A stretch of 62,796 nt of DNA, filler included, from Stramenopiles sp. TOSAG23-3 (taxonomy: Eukaryota), in assembly GCA_900128585.1 (NCBI GenBank). It is 7 parts of 7 records of this genome, joined end to end, with 100 filler letters (N's around TTAATTAATTAA, not from the genome) between each part and the next. Parts side by side here need not be neighbours in the genome. Positions count along the whole stretch, not along the records: positions 47,419 to 59,132 come from LT642731.1; positions 59,233 to 60,965 come from LT645472.1; positions 61,066 to 62,796 come from LT645473.1; 4 more parts are not named here. One strand, given 5' to 3'. Shown piece after piece: positions 54,655-62,796 of the stretch (positions within the stretch are counted from its first letter, which is position 1; every line of letters begins with the position of its first letter). The notes beneath the pieces are model-generated. The model worked only from the letters and a program-made list of their open reading frames with translations. It was not told the origin of the DNA and did no database searches. The position numbers and the translations under genes are program-made.

Positions 54655-57600
54655 TTAACCTCGTTTTTTTCCCTGTCTTTTTCCCCCCTTGCCTCCTTTT
54701 TTTCCACGCCTTGATTCTTTCCAATTTTGCTGAAAATCTTTTCCAAACTTGACGTATGCAAATTCTTGGCCTCCAGCTTTTCCACGAACGACACCATTTT
54801 TCTTTTCCTTGCGAGCGCGCTTGTTCGACCGGGAGGGGGAATTTGAGTGCGCCGCTGTCTCTTCTTCCCCCGCGTCGTGAATTACCCCGATGCCCTTGTT
54901 CAAAGAAAAGTTCACTCGGTTGTTGGTTGCGGAATGCTCGTTGGGTTTACTGTTTCCTTCTTCTTCGACGATCATTTTTCCGCTTTTGTCGTATTTTATA
55001 TCGTCGCGCTGTGATCGAGTACGCTTCTTCTGTTTTGAGTCCGAAGATGCGAGAGAAAACGTAGTCTGCAGATCGGCGTTCCACGAAAGGCTTGACTTGG
55101 CATGCTTCTCGTTCGCAAGGTCTTGTAGCTTACGGTCTTCCCGTTGGTTTTGCAAGTTCTCGTAATGCTTTTTTCCGTGTTTCGCCTTTTTGCGAGATTC
55201 TTTTTCTATGTGATTGATCAAGCCCTGGTCTTCTTCGGGAAATATTGCTCGCACATGCTCGATCCCGCATCTAGACACCATTATTTCAACTACTGCGCGT
55301 ATTTTCGATTTAAACTTATTGCGGCTGTCGCTCTTCCATTTCAACATTCCTGGAACCATTGTTTTTAGCATTCGTACCAAAAGAAACCTTGACGGGCACT
55401 TGGACGCTACACTCTTACAAAAACTGATTAGACTCGTTATTTCTTCTCTGGCTTTGCTCGCGAAAAGCAAGCACACCGTAGAGACGAGCGCCTCCGTCGC
55501 CTCATCTTCTATGAACTTGCTGTATTTGTAATACAAACGGCTCAACGCTGTGACTGTTGCACTGCGAAAATGTGGCGTTTTACCAGCTAAGCCAGCGCTC
55601 ACCATATCGAAGAATACTTTCAACATGTTGATCTTACTCATGGCCTCGCCCATTGCAAACAGGCAGTCAAAAGCGGCCTGCCTTGCGCGAGTGTTCTGCT
55701 CCTTTAAACACAACACTACTTCGCCCAGGCTCTCTAAAAACAGCTGTTGCTGCTCCGCTACTTGCAGGTCCAGCCCGTTTACAATATGCCCGACGCATAT
55801 AAGCCGCTGGCGCTTCCCAGCGACCGACGACTTGTTTATTCCCCCAATTACACTCTTAGCGATGTCCTGCAGCCATTGAAAATTCTCGGCTGCGGCTGCT
55901 TTGGAATGGTGCTCGCACAGTGCCCCAAGAACCCGGTATGCCCGCTTTGACACGGTGGGGCTTCTATCTTCTAGGCATGGAGCAATCGCACGGTACAAAA
56001 CGCTCTGCTGCGAAGCGCTCATTTTTGGCGCTAGTGCGCATGACAGCCCAAGCATAACAGAGGCGTTCTGTATGTTTGACTCTTTTTCTAAATCCATCGT
56101 TGCGTGAATCAATTTTTTCAAGACCTGTTTTCCCATGGTCTCCACTAGAGATTCTGGAGATACCAGAATATAGGCTTCAATGGTTTGCAGAAACAAATGC
56201 GAATTGCTCGCTTCAAAACCTGCAAACAAGATCGGTAAAAAGTTTGGCGCGAACCGTTCGATTGCTTGTCTCCCTGCCTTCATCTTCTCTTTGTCGCTGC
56301 CCAGCACGTTTTCGAGCGCCTGCGTTTTCTGGTCTTCGGAGCCAAAACGGTACTCTGTGCACAGGGCCGTAAGTCCCATGCAAACGCTTGCTTGCAAGCG
56401 GGGGTACCGCGGGTCGCGCAGGGCATTTCCTAGCATGGGCCCTAGCTCGCGGAATGCGGCATGGGTGTCGATTGCTAGAGAGGCAAATGATGGAAACAGA
56501 GTCCACATTTGCTGCACTCTGGTTTGCATTACCCCCTGCACTGCGTTCGTAACATTCTCTGCTTTGGATGCACGCTCGCACTGCAATGCCACCGCCATGA
56601 CATAATCACGGAACAGGCCCAGGGGCGTCCCTATGTCCTTCAAATACTTCTTCAGTAACGGCAGTAACCACAAGCGCCGGTCGAGCGTTTTCAGCGATTC
56701 CTCTACTTCCTGCGTGCCCTCTGCATTCGGGTTGCCGATTGCCACCGTCGTCAAAAAATTGGAACACCCGTAACCTTGAATGATGGCCCCTATCAACCTG
56801 TCAAAATCATTTTTTGCGTCGTGCTCTTCATCTTTTGCACGCTCCTTTTGACGCTTCCGATTCTTTTTTTCGTTGTAGTGATTCTTGTTCCGGGCTGCGT
56901 CATCTTCTTCGTCACTACTATCATCGTCACTGTCGTCCTCGTTTGCTTTTACCATCTCCCACAACGCGTCCTCAACGTCTTCGTCGTTCCCAGTGGACCC
57001 TATTGCTCGCTCCGTGTCTAGGACGCTTGCGATGGAAAGAACCAAGGGCGTCAATAGTGGGAACGCCTGGTCTTGAAAATGCTGGAACATTCCTTTCACC
57101 AGAGGCACTATCGTAGAGCGAGCGTGGACATACCGCGGTTGGAAAAGATTGGAAACAGATGAGGTCACGTTCTCAAGGGGGGATGCAGTCAGGCTCGGCT
57201 TTTCTCCGCCAGAACCGTGCTTTTGGCGCAGCATGATGTTTTCATTTGTTATCCGCAACTCATCAAGTGATACCGCGTGAACAAAAATCCGCGCCATCGC
57301 TTCCGCTGCACCCTCCAACACTTCCAATTGTGGCGAATCGAAATACGCAACAATGTTCAAGATCACTGACGGTAGAAGAGACAAAGAAATGCCACTGTCG
57401 TACGAGTGCATCGCTACCATCATATCTGCCACTAGAGGCAAATAAGCGCCGACAACTTGCACGTGACGCAGGGGCGGGGGCAAGTCCAACAATGCAATGA
57501 GACAAAGATTCAACAACTCGGGGCTCCACGGGCACTTCCCGTCCTTGTCTGCACCAGTGGTGTTCACTGAGTGGCGGAGTGCTTTGAACACAAGGGATGA

Positions 57601-58416
57601 AAACATCGTGTCTCCTACGATGTTTTGAGCCTGCAACAAAGCAAATATAAGTTTACCGGCTGAGGAATGCTTTGCATCTACCTGGGCTCTTTTTCCTTTC
57701 TTGGTCTGGTCGCTGCCGCCATCGTCGGCGTCTCTTTCGTGCATCAACAGGTGAGGCAGCGCGTCCTTTACCATCGGCAGCACCATCATCATTTTTCTAC
57801 TATCAGCCCGCTTGATACCAGACAGTATGCTCTCAACAGACGAGAAAATAGACGTGCCGATGAACGCGGCGTGCCCTTTGCCCAAAATCCGTGCTATTGC
57901 GTTCTGTGCAGCCCGGCGCACTTTTGGACGGTCGTCGCAAACCATGCTAACGATCGAGTTAAAGGCTTGCCTTGTCTGGGGCCGAGACCAAAAGCTTCTT
58001 GTCGTGGGCTGCGATGCAAACACATATCCCATGCATTCTGTCATGTTTCTGATCAAAGAGTTTGACACTGACCCATTCGCGGTACCATCGTCGCTGCTAC
58101 TTCCACGCTGCAGCACGTCCGACAGAACGCCCATGGTGGCTGCAAACTTGCTTTGCAAAACGCCCGCAGAGACGTGGGGTAGTAATAACTTTAGCAAATA
58201 CAAACAATCCTGGCTGTCTTCGGGATTTCCAACATCTAATGAGGTCATTAACGTTGCAAAATAGTGAGTCGTAGTAGCACTCGTACCAGCCTCCATTTTT
58301 TCCTGTATAATATCTGTCAAAGCGGAAAGGATTGCCGCAGCAGCAGGACTCCGCCGGGGGTTGGCCGCAAGACTGGCATACGCCGGAATAACGTGAGAGT
58401 TTGTGACGGTGTTCAT
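54655..58416 (-). CDS. RRP12: Ribosomal RNA processing protein 12 (HEAT/NUC173)
   Basis: YFATLMTSL, DDRPKVRRAAQ, RLWLLPLLK, QMWTLFPSF, NFLPILF and AGLAGKTPH. Confidence 0.9.
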   Translation of the reverse strand: MNTVTNSHVIPAYASLAANPRRSPAAAAILSALTDIIQEKMEAGTSATTTHYFATLMTSLDVGNPEDSQDCLYLLKLLLPHVSAGVLQSKFAATMGVLSDVLQRGSSSDDGTANGSVSNSLIRNMTECMGYVFASQPTTRSFWSRPQTRQAFNSIVSMVCDDRPKVRRAAQNAIARILGKGHAAFIGTSIFSSVESILSGIKRADSRKMMMVLPMVKDALPHLLMHERDADDGGSDQTKKGKRAQVDAKHSSAGKLIFALLQAQNIVGDTMFSSLVFKALRHSVNTTGADKDGKCPWSPELLNLCLIALLDLPPPLRHVQVVGAYLPLVADMMVAMHSYDSGISLSLLPSVILNIVAYFDSPQLEVLEGAAEAMARIFVHAVSLDELRITNENIMLRQKHGSGGEKPSLTASPLENVTSSVSNLFQPRYVHARSTIVPLVKGMFQHFQDQAFPLLTPLVLSIASVLDTERAIGSTGNDEDVEDALWEMVKANEDDSDDDSSDEEDDAARNKNHYNEKKNRKRQKERAKDEEHDAKNDFDRLIGAIIQGYGCSNFLTTVAIGNPNAEGTQEVEESLKTLDRRLWLLPLLKKYLKDIGTPLGLFRDYVMAVALQCERASKAENVTNAVQGVMQTRVQQMWTLFPSFASLAIDTHAAFRELGPMLGNALRDPRYPRLQASVCMGLTALCTEYRFGSEDQKTQALENVLGSDKEKMKAGRQAIERFAPNFLPILFAGFEASNSHLFLQTIEAYILVSPESLVETMGKQVLKKLIHATMDLEKESNIQNASVMLGLSCALAPKMSASQQSVLYRAIAPCLEDRSPTVSKRAYRVLGALCEHHSKAAAAENFQWLQDIAKSVIGGINKSSVAGKRQRLICVGHIVNGLDLQVAEQQQLFLESLGEVVLCLKEQNTRARQAAFDCLFAMGEAMSKINMLKVFFDMVSAGLAGKTPHFRSATVTALSRLYYKYSKFIEDEATEALVSTVCLLFASKAREEITSLISFCKSVASKCPSRFLLVRMLKTMVPGMLKWKSDSRNKFKSKIRAVVEIMVSRCGIEHVRAIFPEEDQGLINHIEKESRKKAKHGKKHYENLQNQREDRKLQDLANEKHAKSSLSWNADLQTTFSLASSDSKQKKRTRSQRDDIKYDKSGKMIVEEEGNSKPNEHSATNNRVNFSLNKGIGVIHDAGEEETAAHSNSPSRSNKRARKEKKNGVVRGKAGGQEFAYVKFGKDFQQNWKESRRGKKGGKGGKRQGKKRG

Positions 58417-59132
58417 TTTCAGCAGACGTTCCGGGGCAAGTCAACGACTGTAATATTCAATGTACAACGATAATATTCAATGTACAACAATAAAATACAC
58501 GTTCTAACTTCTTCCTCTGTTTTGTCAGATACATATCTTGCGTTCTTTTTCTAACATAAAATTAATAATCAACGTTCCTCCTAGAACGAACGCCCCAATT
58601 CATTCCTCCTTTCGTCTTCTTCTCTTCCTTCTTCTCTTCTTCTTTTTTATTTTTTTTTTTTTTTCCTTCTTCGCTTCGCGATTTTTTTTCGCGCACCTAT
58701 TATTCTAAGATATACATAGCATAGACTACCTAAACGAATCCATTTTTTTTAATAAAAATACCATCACCACCACCATCACATCGTATTCTATTTATTTAAT
58801 AACATCAACACACCATTATCATTTTGGAATTTTCGGCTCATTCATCATCTTATTGTGTTGGCTGGTGTTATTTGTTTGTATTGTTATGCTATGTAAATAT
58901 TGATGTTTGTTGTAGTGGCACTACTATTTTTTGTGGTGAATGCGAAGAAATGATTAACCCTAATATAAACACTATTAAAAATAAGGAAATTTATTAAAAG
59001 AATAAAAGAATAAGAATATAATAATACCACACCACCACCTCCTACTGTACAGGTACAATAATACCTCCTCCTCCTCTCTCTCTCTCTCTTCTCTCCCGCG
59101 CGTTTTTTTATATTTAGACTATTTAATTATTT

Positions 59133-59232
59133 NNNNNNNNNNNNNNNNNNNNNNNNNNNNNNNNNNNNNNNNNNNNTTAATTAATTAANNNNNNNNNNNN
59201 NNNNNNNNNNNNNNNNNNNNNNNNNNNNNNNN
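59133..59232. other. Artificial contig-joining linker
   Basis: N44-TTAATTAATTAA-N44. Confidence 0.97.
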
Positions 59233-59664
59233 CATCTGATTCTAAGTCTGAGTCGGGCTGTGCGTGTGCGTGGTTTACCTTTTTCCTTTTGAAAAAAGTG
59301 GGTGGGTCAAACGTAGTAGAAGTTGTTGTTGTTGTCTGTGCAATAGAGAGGGTTTTAAAAGTATGGGGAATTTGATGCAGATGTAAAACACACCAAACCA
59401 AACAAAACAACACAACACACACAATACCTCCGTTCAACCTAACATCCTTTAATTCTTACCCGTAATCCCTTTACCTTTGGATTTGAACTGGGAATTTGAA
59501 TTATCATCTTGAAGTGGGGGGGAATTGCATTTTTTTGTAAATAATATTGAGTTGTGAAAAATTATTATTGGATCTTCTTCACAGAATATAGTGTTAGTAA
59601 TAGGTTTATTAAAGATACGATGTGCTTATGTTCATTCTGCTGTGATGATGTAATTAGTATTCTG

Positions 59665-59905
59665 AGAAGAAGAAATTAAAAGAAGAAAGAAAGAAAGAAA
59701 GAAGAAGAAGAAACGAAGAAGAAGAAGAAAAACAACAACTGCTTCGCTAGAAGAAAGAAGAAAGAAGAAGAAGAAAGAAGAAAGAAGAAGAAGAAAAGCA
59801 AAGGTAGATAGAAGAAAAGCAAAAGTAGATAGAAGAAGGAAGAAGAAAAAGAAGAAGAAGAAGAAGAAAAGCAAGACGAAGAAAAGCAAAAGTAGATAGA
59901 AGAAA
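59665..59905. repeat. Purine-rich (GAA/GAAA)n low-complexity tract
   Basis: Nearly pure A/G sequence with repeated aaaagcaaaagtagatagaag units. Confidence 0.9.
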
Positions 59906-60038
59906 GTGTTCTTGTAGATATATTTATAGAAGAACGAGGATTAAATGTAGAGCTAATGTAGAACAAGCAAAAGTAGAAAGTGTTCTTGTTTTTATTTACT
60001 AATTCATTCGAAGAAGAAGAAGAACGCCTAAAAAGAAA

Positions 60039-60965
60039 ATGGCCTCCTTAGCAACCACCCAAGACAATGCGCCCACGGTGTCTCCGCGAAGGCGCGGGCG
60101 ACGCCCCACACCGTTTGCACAAGCCTATGAAAAGCGAACGTGTAAAATGCTGCGCGATGAGCTGGCGCGGCGCGGCTTGAAAAAGTCAGGTAAGAAAGCT
60201 GATTTGATAGCCAGGTTGAAAGTTGACGACGAAGCTCCACCAGCTACTTCAGGGTCTGGCGAGGATGTTGACGTTTCTCTTGCCGCTGTGTCTATCGCTG
60301 GGACTCCCCCCTTGCAACGTAGTGGAAGTATGGAGGTCCCAGAACCGGAAGATGTTGACTTGATGTGCCCTATATCCCAGGATTTGTTTGTAGATCCGGT
60401 CGTTGCATCTGATGGCCACACATACTCGCGCGCGTGTATTGAGCGATGGATGAACTGCGGGCAACGCAGTTCGCCTGTGACCCGAGAACGCTTGGAAAGA
60501 ACTGTGTATCCAAACCGTTTAGCAGCAAAACAAGTGCAAAATTACAAAGTGACGTTGGGCCTAAAGCTTATTGAGCTCATTGAACGATGCCCCAACGGAC
60601 CAGCTTGCGAATCCCGCGCGAGAGACATCCTTGATGAAGCCAAAGCAGATTTAAACGCGCGCCGCGAACGAGATCGACGGACTCCGTTGCTCGTCGCCGC
60701 AGAGCTGGGCTTGCGTGGTCTGGTGGACGCATTGGTCGACAATGGCGCAGATTACAATGCCACGGATAGTGATGGCAAGGACGTCGAATATTTGCTTCCT
60801 GAACTCCGAGAGGAACGGGAGGCAAGGGAAAAGGCCAAGGAGGAGGAAGCGAGACGGTTGGCGGCGGAGCGGAAGAAAACCGGATTTGTTGATTGGGACG
60901 CCGTGGAAAGGGTCGTGGGGAAGGAAGCGGCGGACCAGATGAAGCAAGGCGAGGGGTTCACGGGA
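60039..60965 (+). CDS. SAP, U-box and ankyrin domain protein (putative E3 ligase), 3' truncated
   Basis: LRDELARRGLKKSGKKADLIARL (SAP); LMCPISQDLFVDPVVASDGHTYSRACIERW...SPVTRE (U-box); RTPLLVAAELG...LVDNGAD (ankyrin). Confidence 0.85.
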
Positions 60966-61065
60966 NNNNNNNNNNNNNNNNNNNNNNNNNNNNNNNNNNN
61001 NNNNNNNNNTTAATTAATTAANNNNNNNNNNNNNNNNNNNNNNNNNNNNNNNNNNNNNNNNNNNN
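60966..61065. other. Artificial contig-joining linker
   Basis: N44-TTAATTAATTAA-N44. Confidence 0.97.
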
Positions 61066-61236
61066 TCTTCGCGCATTTTTTAAAAGAAATGTTGTTACTT
61101 CAATAATATATGAATTTATGCCTGTAGAGAAATAGTTGAAGAAACGAGAGCTGAAAAGCCGTTGTGTACATTTGTATGCTGCAAGATTTGCAGTGACTGT
61201 ATTAGGAAGGGTTCATTTCATAGAAACTAAATTTTC

Positions 61237-62382
61237 ATGTACATCGGACCTTGGCAAGAGTATAAGCTTGCTGCGGCCGTTTCACGGCCCGAGTGGCAAG
61301 AGCATCAAAAGTTGAAAGACTTCTACGCAGAATGGCAAAGGCAGTGCAAGACTTTGGGGGAAAAGCAAGCGACTAATGCAATGATTTTTGGTCCCCTGTT
61401 CGCTAGCTTAGCTGGCGAAGGGAATGGAGAGGGTGCCGGATCTCCACTGCGCCAAACTTCGTCTGCAACTTTGCCCGCCCATGCCCAGTCCGTCCAAAAT
61501 AGTAGTCCGTTTAGTGCCCCACACCGCTCAAGGGGGCAAGGGCGCGGTTCGGGAACCTTGCCCTCAATATACCCAAGGAAAGCCCACAGCGTGTCTGAAA
61601 TATTTAGAAAAAATAAGAGAAAGTACAACGTGTCTGCATTTGGGGAACAGAAGAAGAAGAAACCGTACGTTAAGAAGAGCGTCTTGAAGGTGGAGCGACG
61701 GAAATATTTGTACGAGAAATCGGTGCAGCGCCGCGGGGAAGTCCCGGACGAAAACGAAAAAGTCCTTTATGCAAATCCTCAGCGGTATGAAACAGCATCG
61801 GAAAGGGAGTTTAAAAGCGCCACTTTGCTCCCACGGATGTCTCCAATATCCCAGAGAAAATCTCCCGTTCGCGCAAGCCACCAACAACTGTCGGTAGAAT
61901 CGGTACATAGTAATAGCTCACATAATTTCTCCTCAGTTTCTCCCACACTGGACAAGGAAAACTCTATGCTAAAGAAGAGCAATGTCTCCATAAGTAGAAG
62001 GAACCTTGACGTGATGATTCCGAGCATCCCGAATGCAAACTCTATAATAGCATCCGCCCTTGCGAAAGCGTCTATGTCAGGTTCTGCCATGGGCAATGCG
62101 CGAGTTGCTGAGCGTCCCAAGAAGAAATCTTTCTCCAACATTAACCTTCCCCCGATGGGCCAAGTCGACGACCCCATTGGGGTAAGATCAAAGAGTCCAC
62201 TGTCACCATCAATTCTTGGAAACAGAACTTTCCCTCCTCCAGAAAAAGCTGTGTCGTTTACACCACCAAAGAGGGGAACGCCTTCGTCTCGAGCTTTGTC
62301 ACCTTCGTCTGAAAATTTTGAAGATGAAGTCGATGCATTGCTGAACTGGACGGATATGCTAATGCCTGAGGGGCTTAGATGA
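61237..62382 (+). CDS. Hypothetical, largely disordered Ser/Pro-rich protein
   Basis: 381-aa ORF with ordered-looking termini (MYIGPWQEYKLA...; EVDALLNWTDML). Confidence 0.75.
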   Translation: MYIGPWQEYKLAAAVSRPEWQEHQKLKDFYAEWQRQCKTLGEKQATNAMIFGPLFASLAGEGNGEGAGSPLRQTSSATLPAHAQSVQNSSPFSAPHRSRGQGRGSGTLPSIYPRKAHSVSEIFRKNKRKYNVSAFGEQKKKKPYVKKSVLKVERRKYLYEKSVQRRGEVPDENEKVLYANPQRYETASEREFKSATLLPRMSPISQRKSPVRASHQQLSVESVHSNSSHNFSSVSPTLDKENSMLKKSNVSISRRNLDVMIPSIPNANSIIASALAKASMSGSAMGNARVAERPKKKSFSNINLPPMGQVDDPIGVRSKSPLSPSILGNRTFPPPEKAVSFTPPKRGTPSSRALSPSSENFEDEVDALLNWTDMLMPEGLR

Positions 62383-62796
62383 GGCGGTCATTTGCTGGTT
62401 GGTTTGACACGTTTTTGTGACATTAAAACAAAATAATGCCTGTTTGTGACATTATGGTAAATTTGGAAATGTATACGTTGTGTTGACTTTAAAATTTCTC
62501 GGATTAAATTTTATGCAATGATTTGCTTTTATTTTAGTATTTAGACGCGACTACACTCTATAAAAGTTTTTTTTTTAGACGCGACTAGACCGACTTAGAT
62601 TAACCTGTCATCCTTCCTCCCAAAAAAATTAGAATCTCTGACAGTGTTAGGAGTAGGGCGAATGAGAGTCGCGGAAATTAGTTAAAATAGCTTAGTGCCA
62701 CTTAGAAGAATCTCTGAAGAAGAAATCTCGGAATTCGTTCTTCAAATGCTTTTCCTTTGCTGTGTTGATATAAGTTTAACCACCACAAATTTCTTC

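Noticed and set aside
59632-59966. Phe/Ser/Leu-rich ORFs
   Set aside because: Translations of the (GAA)n low-complexity tract.
11768-61065. Regularly spaced TTAATTAATTAA palindromes, about 11.8 kb apart, and gene neighbourhoods across them
   Set aside because: Each sits centrally in exactly 100 bp with N44 flanks, and the segments are ordered by length (11767, 11766, 11764, 11721, 11714, 1733, 1731). This is artificial concatenation, so cross-linker synteny is meaningless.

Overview
Eukaryotic (protist-like, plausibly a stramenopile; taxon is inference) genomic DNA. Genes are intron-poor and of moderate GC; intergenic DNA is very AT-rich and full of microsatellites. The window is not one locus. 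Six artificial 100-bp linkers (N44-TTAATTAATTAA-N44) join seven contigs ordered by decreasing length, so gene neighbourhood is meaningful only within a contig. Housekeeping genes recognised: SRP19, RRP12, PUS7/TruD, ADPRM, an SDR, a Gal-3-O-sulfotransferase, a GT25 glycosyltransferase and a PKG-like kinase. The most striking part is contig 1 (1-11767), a candidate innate-immunity cluster of three genes: (i) an NLR-like CHAT-protease/NB-ARC/TPR protein with a SAM-like insert in the NTPase module and near-identical 126-bp TPR repeats that vary at fixed positions; (ii) a divergently oriented 1.4-kaa secreted mosaic protein with a defensin-like module, a saposin-like module and four copies of an unnamed beta-hairpin domain; (iii) a DUF4116-repeat/SF2-helicase fusion. 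Other highlights: a virus-like fibre gene fragment ending at a perfect hairpin, an alpha/beta-hydrolase fused to a gustatory-receptor-like membrane domain, a Cys-less pentameric ligand-gated channel, a non-catalytic PARP-like protein and a modular dispersed intergenic repeat family. All domain calls come from reading motifs by eye; no searches were run.
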